Shown here: positions 35,882 through 49,278 of the stretch, piece after piece | Layout: every line of letters starts with the position of its first letter | Numbering within the stretch: position 1 is the first letter of the stretch | Assembly: GCA_013115125.1 (NCBI GenBank) | Contig: JABANN010000061.1 | Span: forward strand, 1-64,000 | Origin: Perkinsus olseni | Lineage: Eukaryota | Direction: 5' to 3' | Length of the DNA stretch: 64,000 bases | Position numbers and translations under genes: made by a program | The notes under the pieces: model-generated | The model's input: the letters and a program-made list of their open reading frames with translations, nothing else | What the model was told of the DNA's origin: nothing | Databases searched by the model: none

Positions 35882-38266
35882 ATGGCTGACTCTGTCCCCG
35901 ATACACTGTCATATGGTAGTGCGCTCGAGGGGGAATTGAGGTCAGCAGCACTCGGTGGTAGGTACTGTGAGGACGGCTGGCCGATCCGCTACAGGCCTGT
36001 TCAAAGCCAACCATGAGATGCTTGGATGGCGGAATCGGCACACGGGTCAGACCACACAGCTGAATAAAGAGGTAGTATGGGGACAGGAGTGGAATACGGT
36101 AGTGGGTGGTTACTAGGAGTGACTCACTACCTATTACCCAATAATTGTTCAACTGGACTGCAGGGGAGTCGTAGTGGCCTTCTGTGTGGTATCATGTTGC
36201 TGTCAGGACATTGCCTCGGTGTCGTGGTATAAGGTCAGTAAGGAATGCATGTTGAAGGTGGGTGTGATAGGAGGGGACTCGAGGAGGGTTGATGGAGGCC
36301 GATCATGGTCAGATCGTAATGAAGAATGGGGATATCTACAAGTATGATGGCTTCCAAGACTCCAACTATGAGACTGTGAAGGCCTTCTTCAAGAAGCACT
36401 ACGAGCTGGATCTCAATAAGGAAAAGGTGGGTCTTGAAATTTGGCAAAACTGGCAGGCCTCTGCTATCCACCGATGATCAGGTCTCCACCCGTGGCTGGT
36501 GCTGGGGGGAGAGCAGCTGGTCTGGTCCAGAACTAGAGTTGAAGAATGCTGATCAGATGGCCTTTGAGATACAGGCTACCGACATCGCACAGGTAGATTG
36601 CCTGGCTGCCGTGGCCTTACGATAGTCGATGCTAAGGTTGTCCCTACTGGGAAGAACGAGGTGGCCCTGGAGTTCCACGTGGACGACACTAGAGATCCCG
36701 ATGATGAGAGCCTAGTGGAGATGAGGTGGGTGTTCGGGACCGTCGGCTGGAGGAATATTGTCGACTCTTGCCAGATTCTTCATTCCCAATGAAGAGTACG
36801 CATCCAAGCTCAAGGATGAGCTCATTCAGAAATCGGGAGCTGCTAGTGGTAATGTCTTCGTGAAAGTCCTAGCTTTCTTCTCCACTATTCTCTATTCGTC
36901 CAGGCGGCGGCACTACCATCTGCCAGTTCCTCAATATCCCTATTGTGCTGCCTCGAGGACACTACGATCTGGATATGTTCCGCTCGTCGTTCAAGCTGAG
37001 AGGGAAGTCATTTGACTACACCATCAAGTACATGAACGTGTCTAGAATGTTCATGCTACCCAAGCCTGATAGCGTCCACGTATCCTTCGTTCTGGGACTG
37101 GACCAACCGGTAGTGAGAGGAGACACTGTGGCAGGCCGCTGTACGAGTGATTGCTCACAGGTGCGCCAAGGTAACACAGCCTACAGCTTCCTGGTCATGC
37201 AGTACGACAAGGAGAGGGAGGTGGATGATTTCGCCATCAACCTGGACGATGAGGAATTGGAGAAATGCAAGCTTCAGAAGGTCGTTAACGGTAGTGAGGC
37301 ACCGCATTAGTCTGTTGGTCCGGCCTTCGAGGGTACGTGTTAGGGGAGAAGCTGTATGCTGTTATGGGGCAGTTGTTCAAGCATATGACTGGCAAGAACG
37401 TGGTGACGCCTTGCCAGGACTTCAAGGCCTCTAATGGATACAACTGCGTAGGCTGGCCGGGGGAAGGAGGGGTTCGAGGGGATCGTCGCCGTAGGTGAGA
37501 TGCTCCCATAAGGCCAATGATGGCTTCTTGTATCCACTCAAGAAGAGCTTCCTATTCGTTAACAAGCCAGTCATGTGGATAAGATACGATGACGTCCTGG
37601 CCGTTGGTAGGCGTTCGTGAAGGAGTATGCTCGAAGAGGATATCGTCGTCCACTTCAGAGTTTTCGCGTGCCGACTCTGGTTTCACGCAGACTCGTTATT
37701 TCGACCTTAAGATCTACCGCAAGGGTGAGGGGCAGCCCCATGACTTCCAGCAGATGGACAGGTAGTAGAAGCCTACGGTAGAGCGGTGGTGGGGAGTCTG
37801 TTACTGATTAGGTCCGAGTACAATGGTCTCATCGAGTTCATACAGAAGGCTGGTATAAGGATACGTAACCTGGAGGGCTCCGGACTGGGCCTGGGCAAGC
37901 GGTCTCGCGATGATGGATCCTCTCCTGGTGAGTCGTCCGGACAGCGGCAGCCTCGGGGATAGCTGTGACTCTGTTAGATGGTTCGCCTGACCTGGGTGAT
38001 GACCTACCGTCCGAGGATGAGAGCGATGATGAGGATTACGAGGATGCTGGTGGACCTGACAGCAGTAGTGATGAGGATGACGCTGATGAAGAAGATGAGG
38101 ACGCGGTAGGAAGGAAGCGAGCTTCGCTCCGCCACTCAGGGTCGATCGCTATATGGCCGTTGCGTTCCAGGCGAGCGATGATGAGAAGGAGAAGAAGCAC
38201 AAGCATAAGCATCGCCATCATCATCACCATCATTCCCATAAAAAAGAAAAGAAGCGCAAATCCTGA
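35882..38266 (+). CDS. SSRP1: FACT complex subunit SSRP1/Pob3; multi-exon
   Basis: STRGWCWG, GKNEVALEF, LVEMRF, PRGHYDLDMF..FKLRGKSFDYTIKY, VRQGNTAY, KANDGFLYPLKKSFLFVNKP, acidic tail. Confidence 0.93.
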
Positions 38267-38595
38267 ATTGCCGCATAAGGAGAGCCCTCTTACTATCACC
38301 ATTGCACGTCATTTCCCTAATCCACCTCGGCAGGCCTCGTGAGGCTGTGGGGTTGTGCAAGTATGTTAATTCACAAGCCTTGGTTGGTCTAGACGTGACC
38401 CCCTAGGGGCCTGAGGCAGCTCATCGGCGATGAGTCTTCGCGGCGACACTTTCGCTAGGCAGCGTGCTTGTCCTAGTTCATTAAAGTGCTCTGCTGTGAT
38501 GATGGTGCTGGGTCTCCCTATGCATTAGAGGGCATTCTTCGAGCTAGCCCCCTAGAGCGTAGTAGTCCTCCTCTTCTAGTTAGATTAGTACGTAC

Positions 38596-41200
38596 ATGTC
38601 GATACGGGTAACGCGACATCTCCGTGAGAATTCTGCCGCCTCTCAATCAGCCACAGCTTTTGATAGAGATCTCTCCCAGGACGAACCCCTCACACTCGGG
38701 TCCGACCCTCACAAGTGCAACATCGTGTTGAAAGGCCTCGCTGGAAGGCACTGTACACTACATCTAGAGCCATCATTGGCCTGGGTGTCGTGTACCGATA
38801 AGGGCTCTGGTCGGACCTTTCTGGTCACCTCTGACTCTATCGACCCCACCGGCCATAGGAACAGGATCAGGCTGGCCTCCCACAGTGACAGGAAGGAGAG
38901 GCTGCTGTATCAGCTCAGACAGGGCGACCGGCTGGTACTGAGTGATGGTCAAGGAGGCGACTGGGAGGTAGGATGGCAGTTGAGCGGAATTGAAGTGAGC
39001 TTGTTGCTGGCAGATCACCCTAACTTCGCTGCATGGTAATCGCAGGAGGTCCTCTGATGGCAGCTTTAACTTTGGTGGAGGGACCCAGGCCTACTGTCCG
39101 GCCAAGAAGAAGAGGCAGGACTTCGACACGTATTCTGAGGTTGGTCATGTCTTCTCCCCACCCCGCGACCTGTCTCTGCCAATCTCAGGGCAGCTTCTCC
39201 GATCGCACACTCTCGCCTAATGAGAACGAGAGGCATCGGGCCAATGCCATGGCCCAGGAAGAGGAGGATTCCCTGCCGCCGGGTCTGGACGAGACGATGA
39301 AGTTCTCCTTGGGAGAGCAGGGCCAATCGCTGTCGCCTGTTGTCCCTCTACTCCTCACAAGCGGCGAGGTAGTCAGAGATCTCGGTAGAGGCCCCCTTTG
39401 GTGTCCTTCCGATGGCAGGTGAACCCCGAGGACGTCTTTGGCGGGAGGGACTCTCTAGCTTCCCTAGCTAGCTTCGGGGAGGGCAGCAGCATACCTGCCA
39501 TACGCCCATCGACACCGGCAGCGGACCCTCGGGTCGAACACTGCGCGAGAGCAGGCCAACCTCATTTCTACTCACCCTTCAGGCTAGTATCGCTACGGTG
39601 CCGTACTGTCCTGGCACCACCTACAAAGACACAGTGAGTCCCCCTAGTCTGTTATGGGCCTCATTTCCTATCCCCTCTAGGCTTACCAGGACAGTGACCA
39701 GGACTCGGACACCAGGCCGTATGGCGAGAGAGGGGCGCTTAAAGCTGCTCCCACGGTAGTACTAGGAGCGTGCCGCCACGGGCAGCGCAGAGCCTAGCCT
39801 CCTCAGCGATTGTACGGCCATGAGTCTGAGTCGGCGCCGCCAACTCCCGTCCAAGACAGCTGCATTGAGGATGCGGAGGAGGAGATCAGCTCCCTCACTC
39901 CCAAGGCATCTACGGGCGTGGCCTCGGTGATGGCGAAGACCCGCAGGGTCCAGCCGCCGGATGAGGTTGAACTGGTATGTTCGATGGTCGATGAGGCTGT
40001 CAACCCGAACGACTTCCCTCTCAACATGATCTCGGAGGAAGAGGGCCTTCGCACCGGGATGACGATAAGCACTGATAGCGATGGTGATGATGAAGGAGAT
40101 GAGATGCCCTCTAGGGCCTCAGTACGAAGCAAGTCAAGGCCTCAGCCAAAGCCCAAAGCGAAGAGTAAGGCAAAAGCCAAGGCCAAGGCCAAAGGGAGAC
40201 CTAAAGCGAAGGCCCGAGGGAGAAGGAGCCCCCAGTCATCAGCCAGCAAGCGATCACGAAGAGTGAAGGTCGAGGATGATTGTGATGTCGGCAGCAGCAG
40301 TATTGAGGCTCCCCGGAGCCCAGTTAGTAAACGGAGGAGGCGGCAAAGTGCTGCCAATCCGGTAGGCGACGTGATGAAGGAGGAAGACAGAGTGAGGGCG
40401 TTGGATCATCGACGATTGATGGCCCTCTCGACCCTCAGGTGGCCATTTGCTTCAGCACCGAGTGCCGGCCCTCCGCGGCGGATGAGAGGAGAATAGCAGC
40501 CTGCGGCGGGAGGATAGCTGCTTCGGTCTCGAGTGGGTCGTCCGAGGCTCCCACTCTGCCTTTCCTCTGTGGGCGCTTTTAGGTGACGTTGCGATGTTTG
40601 TAGCCGATCGTCTCAAGCGTACAGCGAAGCTCATGTCTGCCATTTGCCGCGGTATACCCGTAGTGAGCAGCGAGTACATTCTACGATGCTTCGAGCGAGG
40701 GCAGATCACGCAGCCTTATGATGAGACCGACTGGCTTCAAGACGCGGCCGGGGAGCGAAGTTGGGGGTTCACTTTGAGCCAGTCGATCAAGTTGGCCAGA
40801 GACCGCGGGCCGGTGTTAAAGGATTACCAAGTAAACGCCGACTACCTCGGTCCGCGTTGGGCGCACTGATAGGCCGATAGGTCCACTGTGCCACCAAAGC
40901 CACGGCAACGAAGGACTTCAAGGAAATAGTAGCCGCCGCTGGTGGTACGTACCTTACCAGTCTCCCCGCCCGCATCCCTGAGGAACGTAGGCCCACATAC
41001 GTTGTCCAGTGATAGTGCCAGCTTCCTCGATGTGCTCAGGCAAGGACTCGCTGCTCGTTATAGTGGAGGACCGCGAGACTAGAGGGGACTTGCGACTTGT
41101 GCGGAAGCTGAAGCTCCCGAGTGTATACGTGAAGGAGCTGGTCATGGCAGCTGCTACTACGCAAGAGTTGGACCTCGTTAAGTTCACTGTGGAGATATAA
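38596..41200 (+). CDS. FHA + tandem BRCT protein (MDC1-like architecture); multi-exon
   Basis: N-terminal FHA-like LTLGSDPHKCNIVL..RHCTL..D..SGRTF...LRQGDRL; long S/K-rich linker; BRCT VADRLKRTAKLMSAICRGIPVVSSEYI, EIVAAAGG. Confidence 0.75.
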
Positions 41201-41388
41201 TTACAATCCATGCATAATGCTACCATCACCATCGTGAACATCCTACCCACCCTTGCTGACCTGCCGCGAGGCAGAGTACACTACCTTTTTTACTAACATT
41301 AACATCGAGTTGATTGAGTTTAGTTTGCTAGTTGGGGCTGCTAGGGGAGGCGTGCCGTTCCAACTGGGACAGTGTTGTTGTTCTAATA

Positions 41389-42230
41389 ATGGTGCTACTA
41401 CTGACTGAGGTCAGTCCGGGCGAATACGAAGTCGTTGGTCCAGCTAAGAAAGGCATTACTGCGAGGCTTCTCGAAGGGTGAGGCCACACCGCTCTTGAAG
41501 ACCATTGGTAGCTGGAGCAGCAGCTTACTTCAGTCACCTTCGACCCGATCCCTCCCTGCCTGGGTATACTCATTCGACGGAGGCACATGACTCGTTACCG
41601 TCGTTACAAGATTCCTTGCTGCTAGCACTCAAAGGGGTGCCGGGTACTCTTGTCTATATGACTGATGAGGCTGGTGGGTATCTTGGAAGATGCACAGTGA
41701 AGACCCTCCTCAATGGCGGCCGAGAGTAAGAGCAGCCCTTGCAGCGGGGGAGTCCAGCGGGGGCTGGATCTCACATTCAACCCTCGACGGCATAGTGCTA
41801 GGTCTAATGGCTTCCGTTTCCGGTTTCCGGCTGAGTGCTTGCAACTCGCCCTCTCGAGACCATCGTATTTTCCTATCAGTGTACTAATCTGTCGAGATGA
41901 TACGCCTGGCTATCGAAGGATGGTCATCTCAACTCGCGATGTGAAGTACATAGTGCCACCTGCCGACTTCGAACCTGTGCGGGATGTACAGGAGGCGATC
42001 CGAGCTGATGCGATTGCCAAGGAGGAGAAACAAAGGAGACACGTCTCTTTCCGGAGGTAGCCCCTCCCGGCAATCTTACCATCTTTTCACATCCTGGTCC
42101 TTCGCTCCCCGGACAGCTGACTACGTTGTCTGTTGCTGTTCAGGCATATCAAATCGCGACAAGAGCGAGAGAAGGCCGTGAGAGAGTATCAACAGAGAAC
42201 TAATTCGGGAGGCTAATCATGAGCCCCTAA
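41389..42230 (+). CDS. Hypothetical protein; multi-exon
   Basis: ATG 41389 MVLLLTEVSPGEYEVVG followed by GT/AG-bounded exons (MVISTRDVKYIVPP). Confidence 0.4.
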
Positions 42231-42644
42231 TTCCGTATGTTTCTGCACGAGAGCATTGGTTTTGTTTTTTGCGCTGAATCAACTTAACAGCAGATCAGAG
42301 AGCTTGAAATCGGTCTTAAAGATAGTGCGAAAATATGGTCCTGGCCCAGTATGAAGTCTGCGGTGAATGCCAGGTTTAAATGTTGTATTAACTTCAAAAT
42401 ACACTAGTGGAAAACGGGGGATGTGCTCCTCACGCACCCTCTTCGGTCAAAATTAGTCTCCTAATCGTATACGCTTCATCATCAGGGTCTCTACTCGGGA
42501 ATCACCAACCTGCATTCCTGTTCTATAGAAGGTGTGAGATGTCGAGTGTAGCAGTCTGAGACTGGCCAGTCTCACTGTGCAATCGTCAACCGCGCGACCT
42601 CCAATCTCTCATTCTACGAGCAGCAGCACCTGTGACACTGCACA

Positions 42645-45158
42645 ATGGTTGGCTCCCCGTTGTCATCATCGGCATCTCGATCTCCTTCCTCTGCCGCAGC
42701 AGAGCCTGATTCATTCCCGCGAGATCGATTGAAAGCTCTGCGACTATTGAAGCAAGAGGCTCTCCGGCTCCTCCACGATCAAAACGACGCGTAATACGGT
42801 TGTCTCGACCCTGACTCCCTCCTATCAAAACGATAGTTACCGGACCGGTACACCTTTTCTCTCGGTTTGTACGTCACAGCTAGTCGCAGACATCGTTGCC
42901 AAGCCCGAACAGTGGCCTTTGGAAGTCGAAGTAGGAGTTGGCCTCAGAGCTCTTTCCTAAGTCACCCTCTCGAACAGGCCCTCGTACGTGCACTCGCTGG
43001 CTGCACCCCCGACTCCGATTCTCCTATATTGGACTTCTCGGCACACCTCTTTTTCCTGTCCCACTGCCCCCTGAGGTACCTGGGGAGACTCTCCACAGAA
43101 CAATTACTAGTCGGGGGTCGTTCAGGTTGAGGTTGATTCACACTGCGATGGGCAGCGCATCGGCTAAGTTAGAATTGGCAGCCTTGCTCCGAAAAGACCA
43201 GTACAGAAGAGCCTGCTGGGGGATAACGGCTGTGAGCTGTTAGTGATGCTGTTGTGTTCAGCAGCCTGATCTCCCGTAGGCCCTGGAAGTGCTACAAGAG
43301 GACCCAAGGAAATTATGGGAAATGTATGAGCTCCTCGAGTGGCTATGCTAGTATGCAAACCGTCAACATTCCTTTGTTATAGTCCCGATAATACCCTCGA
43401 AGACCTCCACGAGTTACTGCGGAGTTCGAAAACGCCCGAGTGTACCCCTTCACCCGACGACGGCCTGTCATCTGATGAAGGCTGGGCTGAGGCCCTGGCA
43501 GTCGTCGTGGAGATGGTATCCTCAGTATCGCAGAGGATGCTAACAAGCGCTGAAGATTTCGGCGGGTTTTTCGTCGATGACTGGGTACCCTCACCCATGG
43601 TCATCTTGCCTCTCTCCAAGCCTCGCTCAGGCTCGCTCCAGGCTCAATGCAATCATGGCTAACTATAGGCGACATTGCCCTGACGGAGCGGCGTCACTTT
43701 CATCGTTCCTCCGCCAGTGGTTAGCCACGGATCAGAGGCTGAGAGCGAAACTCCTCGATGATCTGGTAAGAACATTGCGGTCGAGGGTGCGGTAGAGAGT
43801 GTTCCGTCGACCTGACTAGCACTGGATGGCTAGATCTCTTCCAGGCCAGCCGGCTCATTATCAGCCTCCGTGGCACTGAAACCGCTAATGTTATCATACG
43901 GAGCCTCATCGAAGATCCTCAGTCGGACGCGGAGTTCAACCTAATCACCCGCCTGGAGGGACCCCGCAACATACTCAGTCCAGAGACACTAGAAGCGATA
44001 GTGCGCACTTGTCCCAGTGCCCAATGGGTAAGGCGCGGCCGACTATGGAGGCGCGCATGATTTCAATGTTCAGAGACGACAGGCATGGCAAAGCTGTGAT
44101 GTTCTATCGGAAGACGTCGAGGGGCTCTGCAGGAAGAGCGCTCTTTACGACCCCGACGCGCAAGTGAGGTACCATCACTTGCCCCCGGTCGTGCAAGGTC
44201 CTTAGTCTTCCACCCAGGCTAGCGGCACTCCGCTGTCTAGGAAGGATCGATAAGGCAGCTGCCGCCGAGGCTCTTCGCGATGCTGATGGAGACGTTAGAC
44301 AAGCGGCGCTCGACATAGCTGGGTACCCAACGTCCGAGTTTCCAATAGCTGAAGTCAGGACCTTCCTGACGACTCAGGCTTGGGGCTTTAGCGAGCTGCA
44401 GCACCCCACACCTGATCGTCCTGGCCCTCAGCAGAGGCAATGAAGAAATGTTCGCTCATGTAGGCCAAGCTGGAGCCTGGGCCCGCGTGGAATGAGGTTT
44501 AGGTTGAAGCGGAGATATTGAAGAGACTGAAGGCTGACGTCACACAATTGCTCCGGTAACGACCAGGCCGGCTTCCGGCGACCAGATCCCCAATCGAGCT
44601 TCCGTCAGGGACCTTCGGGTGCTTGAAAGGAAAGGAGAGGATACAGTGCTGCATATCCTGAAAGATTTATCTCCAGTGAGCACGAGTCATCCTGGACGAC
44701 TGCTCTAGTTGGGCCCCACTCGGGATGTGATGCTTTGTGCCTCACAGGTCCTCTCTTCCGAGCTGCCAAATACGTCTCTCGGATTGTCTCCTCTTGAAGG
44801 AAAGCGTCATGAGCCTCCACCGGCAAGGAAACGCAAAGTAGGTGGGATACGACCAAGAATTCAGCTCAAGCGACGGATGAAGGGCCTTCTGGTTACAGGT
44901 GCCGTGTGCCTGGAGACCATGGGAAGGTGTGTCCGAACAAGCAACACCGATGAGGTCTCTGCGATTGGCCGAGCCGATAGAGGTTCTATCCGTTCTGGCT
45001 TGCAACCGCAACTCTCCAGCGTTCCCGCGATTCAGGACTCCGACACACCACGAGAGTGCAGCGAGCAGATCTCATCTTGTGGAAGCTCCGCCCGTGCTAT
45101 CGCAGCAGCCTGCGAAGATTTATCAGAAGCCGACTTGAATGCTCTTGCATGGTGGTGA
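42645..45158 (+). CDS. Hypothetical Leu-rich alpha-helical protein; multi-exon
   Basis: MVGSPLSS...DRLKALRLLKQEALRLL and successive GT/AG-bounded helical exons; no family recognised. Confidence 0.45.
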
Positions 45159-46449
45159 CTGCCCTTACTGAGTCACAATGTGGCTTCCTCTACTCAGGAA
45201 AGGGTTTGCTTGGGTTCCTGGGGGCTGGTGAAGGCTGTACTTGTGCCGCACCAGAATTGTTGTGTCTCTTCAACACAACAATTCTGATTTTTACATGTCA
45301 AAAGGGATTCCGGAATCGATTCTGAGTCGCAGGATCGGCGAAAATCTCCCACACACACTTGAGAAATTTCAGGGCCAAGTAGTGGGAATTCCGGGAAAAG
45401 TATCCAGTGAAATGGTCATAAGACTCAGGATTGCTTCTAACGCAGAAAGGACAAGTCAAAGATGGATCCTCGCTTATAGCCTGAAAGTGTCACGGTGGCC
45501 GGCGGTAATGACTTCTCTAGTACATTGTAAGAAGATCATGATCGACGAGTTCTCTTCATCCTTCTCGGCATCATCATCCCCTTCTCCCGGCTGGGTTCTC
45601 CCACGCAATCGGGGGTCCGCTCGCTCGACGGGTACTCATTGCCTCTGATTCAGAGGCGAGCTACTCATCCAACTATCATACTCAAAGCTCTTCCCCTTTT
45701 ATAGACACATACGCCCTCACTAACTCGGCTGCGAGCATCGTGGGTTCTGCACTATCCAGTTTCCCATCGCCACACGTTCGACCCGAAGTGCCCAAGCTAG
45801 ACTTATGTAGCTTGAGGAAGCCGCCGCAAGCCTACAGGTAGGTTCGTCCGTCATTGGGCTATATTGCGGTGCAGGTCTGAGTACCGGGCACCCTCAAGCT
45901 CTTCATCAGCCCACGCCGACACGGGCGAGCGTCCCCTTGCGCCTTCGACTGCGACAAGGGACCGTGGTTTGATTGCTCGGCTATTAGAATGGGTCTCCTG
46001 GAGTCTCAATCAGTGGTAGGCGGCCGTGAGATCGCTGGGAGCCGCTGAGTGTCACCCGATGATAACGTATTGATTTCCTTCTCAGCACCAGTTGCGAGAT
46101 CGACACTTGTCGTGGCGACCCCTCCCACTCTATTAGGGTACTTTGATCCTGACTAATTACGTCGAAGCCTTGCGGATTACTCATCGCTCTTCTGCGAAGG
46201 TGTCCAACAACGAATCGTGGTGACCACTCGGCTGATTCTGTAGTGCTGCTAGTCTGGACCCAGTCTCGTGGTGTGAACCGATGCAATGAGCCAATGCATA
46301 CCATCTCCTTGCCTACTTATAGACTTGAGTTAGCTAGTTACTAGTGGCCGCGACTGGCATGGTTACGTGTGCTAAAAGCCGTGCTTGGTTGCAGTCCATC
46401 CTCAGTTCTCGAGCGATAACATTTTCTTTCGGCTCTGGGCTCAGAACCG

Positions 46450-48627
46450 ATGTCCACGATTCCATCGAAGGCCGAAATGAACGTGAGCAAGCTCGCCTCA
46501 CACTCTCTGAGGATGAGTACTTATCGTCCTCAGCCTCACAGCACCATAGATGGTCGTGATGGTAATGACTATGCGGTCTATGCACCGCTCGAGGCTCTTT
46601 CCAAGCTCAACTGCAGAATCAATGAGCTGAATGCAGCTATTGAGGGCAAGTCGGTCGAATGCTACTGCGGCGGATCCCGCCCCAACCCATCTCGTTGATT
46701 TTAGTGCTGTTGAGGCTGCCTACGATGCTTCCAACGCGAGATTTCATGACGAAATAATCGAGTGTCGGATGCAGCAAGTAGCGTTACAAAAGGTGCGTCA
46801 TGCATCAAAGCTGCTGGATGCAAATTGAGCCCTCTACGTAGGTGTTGCTAGCGCAGCATATGAGCTTGAAAAACGCGCTGTCATCACGGGGAGAGGCTGG
46901 CTCCGTGTCCAGCCTATCGACGGTAGCGGCGCTGGCAAACCTTGCCTCAGCGAGGGTGGCCTTGGCCGAGGTGCGCGCTGAGGGAGCGGCTGCTTGAAGC
47001 ATCACCGTTTTCCAGGCCTATGCTTGTGGGTTCTATCTCGAGCAGTCATCCGGGCACCTAAAGTCCGCTATGAGAATAGCCGAGGTCGATATCCCAGCCT
47101 TCATAGTAAACTGAATTCGAGTCCTTGCTATGAGAGATGTTTTCGCTGGCCGCAGGAGAGTGAGGGAGACATCGCAGTTGTAGAGGCCCTCAATGAGAGG
47201 ATACAGGCGGACGTCGCTGGTTGCCAAGGATACGCGTTAGAAGCCCACACTCGATACTGACGAGGCCGGTCATCCGTTAGATGCTACCAGGCCTTGATCG
47301 CTCGGCAGCGAGAGCAGCTAGACGACGAGGAAGAGTGCTGGTCTGACGGGCTGAATATCATGCAGCAGGAGGTGGAGAAGGTCTCATCTCCAGTGGAGCT
47401 ACCGACACTCTGTAGGTGTTGTCCTTGCTGGACGCCGCCCTCAACCAGACTCGGCGAGGGTATGGTGAGAAAGACCACCGATGCGCTCGACTTCACGAAC
47501 TCATGGCAAAGGTCCACGTTAGTCGGATGCAGAACAACAAGGACGCCGGTCAGTAGCCTTCGCTGTTTCTCCAGAAAGCGATGAGACTGGGAACTCAGGA
47601 ACCAGCGGGGAGAGTCTCGAGCTAGCTAAAGAACACTATGAGCAAGCGAAGGCGATCCGTGCGAACATGCTAGGTCTGCTCGTAGCTTTTGCCCTGCTGC
47701 CAGCGCTTCCGTCAGGTGGGCACTCAAGGCCCGTGCTGGAGAGTTCTGTTGGCATCGCTCAAGCAGAGATGCTTGCAGGTGAGACCACCGTGAGTTGTGA
47801 GTGTCGAGTTGCCTCCTTGAAGGGAGAGAACAGGAAGCGGTGAAGATTATGGTCGAGACTTTACAGAGCGTCGAGGAAACCGTTATGGAAGTGGGCGACG
47901 AGAAAACAGCGCGGCGATGCACTCTCATTTTTCAGGCATCGGCATCCGAGGTTGAGCCGTGGTTCTTTATCGACAACGTGCTTCGTCTGTCGCACTGGAC
48001 GGCGTCGTCAGACGACACGGCGACAAACGACCTCGCTACTCAGGTGCTTCTATCATGAGCTCGTTATCTCGGAGGTGTCGTTGCTCCAGATGCTCGTGAA
48101 AGCACACACCCTTGCTACTAAGAACTACAAGGCTTCCGATAGACGAGTTGTGGATGTCACGCGAGATTTGGCGCTGCGGGCGGTGAAGTCTGGCGAGTAT
48201 GCGAAGGCTCGGCAGTACTTAGCGGATATCCTCGTGAGAGCGGCTTCGTGTACACAGAATGCCTACTGTATTCCTGTCAGGAAGTGGAAAGGCAAGTTCA
48301 TGGCCAGTACAGTGCACCGGTGTGTCGCACTCTCAACGCCCTCGCCTCCGTGCTCATTGCCCTCGAGCACATGGAAGACGCGAACGCAGTGCTGTCAAAG
48401 TGATGCAAGCGGCATGACTGCTGTGCGATTCACGAGTTCACCGGAGTCCTCGACTCCCGTCGTCTCATTCCATCACGATCTCTCTACCAGATCTATCTGT
48501 CAGGGCCAAACTGATCGCTGAAGGTATGCTGTCATCGGAACGGAGCCCCACACGTCGAGAGTCACTCACCGACCTGCTTCGAATCATCGAAGGGAAACTA
48601 GCGTTCTGTGAGGGTGCTGAGTCCTGA
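46450..48627 (+). CDS. Coiled-coil + TPR-like protein (may extend 5' to ~45540)
   Basis: Heptad exons, then kinesin-light-chain-like TPR GEYAKARQYLADIL|EVERQVHGQYSAPVCRTLNALASVL; TGA 48625-48627. Confidence 0.6.
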
Positions 48628-49278
48628 TGAGGTCGTTATGGAGGTGGCACATGAGAGTTCGTTGTGTACCGCGTACCGAAGTGTTGTTGCGTTGACATTA
48701 TCTCTGACGCGAAAAGAAAGCAGCCTTCATCAACATCCTCAGAGTCAACCAGGAGGGCGCCTTTTGCGGCACCGTAGGCACTTGACGAGATCTCTGATCG
48801 CCACACTCCTAGGGTCTAACATAACTCGTGAGCAGCATGAGAGTTGGCGGCCCCCGCGTAAAACCAGTTGGCGGCCTCGCATCGAGAGAGACCAGAAGGC
48901 CAACCAGTCGTATCGAGTACCTCCATCTCCCCCGCATTCTCAAGCCGCCATCTCCCCAGTGAACTTCACTCAGTGCGCGAGCCGAACAGCGCAAGATTTG
49001 AGGGCGAGCGAGGGAGTCCCGTCGCCATCCCAACTCTTGCAGTACCTACCATGTTAAGCTCCTCCTATAGCACGCGGTAACTGCTTCATAGCCTGCTAAA
49101 AAGAGTCTCATCCTTCAGCTCTTAAATCTTGTTTGAATCCCCGGTTCCCCATGAGTCATCACGCGAACGCCACGATGCAGCATGGGACAGGCGAGCATCA
49201 CGTAGGGTCCTTTTGGGACCACTCCTAAGTTCGGGAACGATTTACTGTGGAGACTTCTTGAGCACTTTGCTTCAACCG

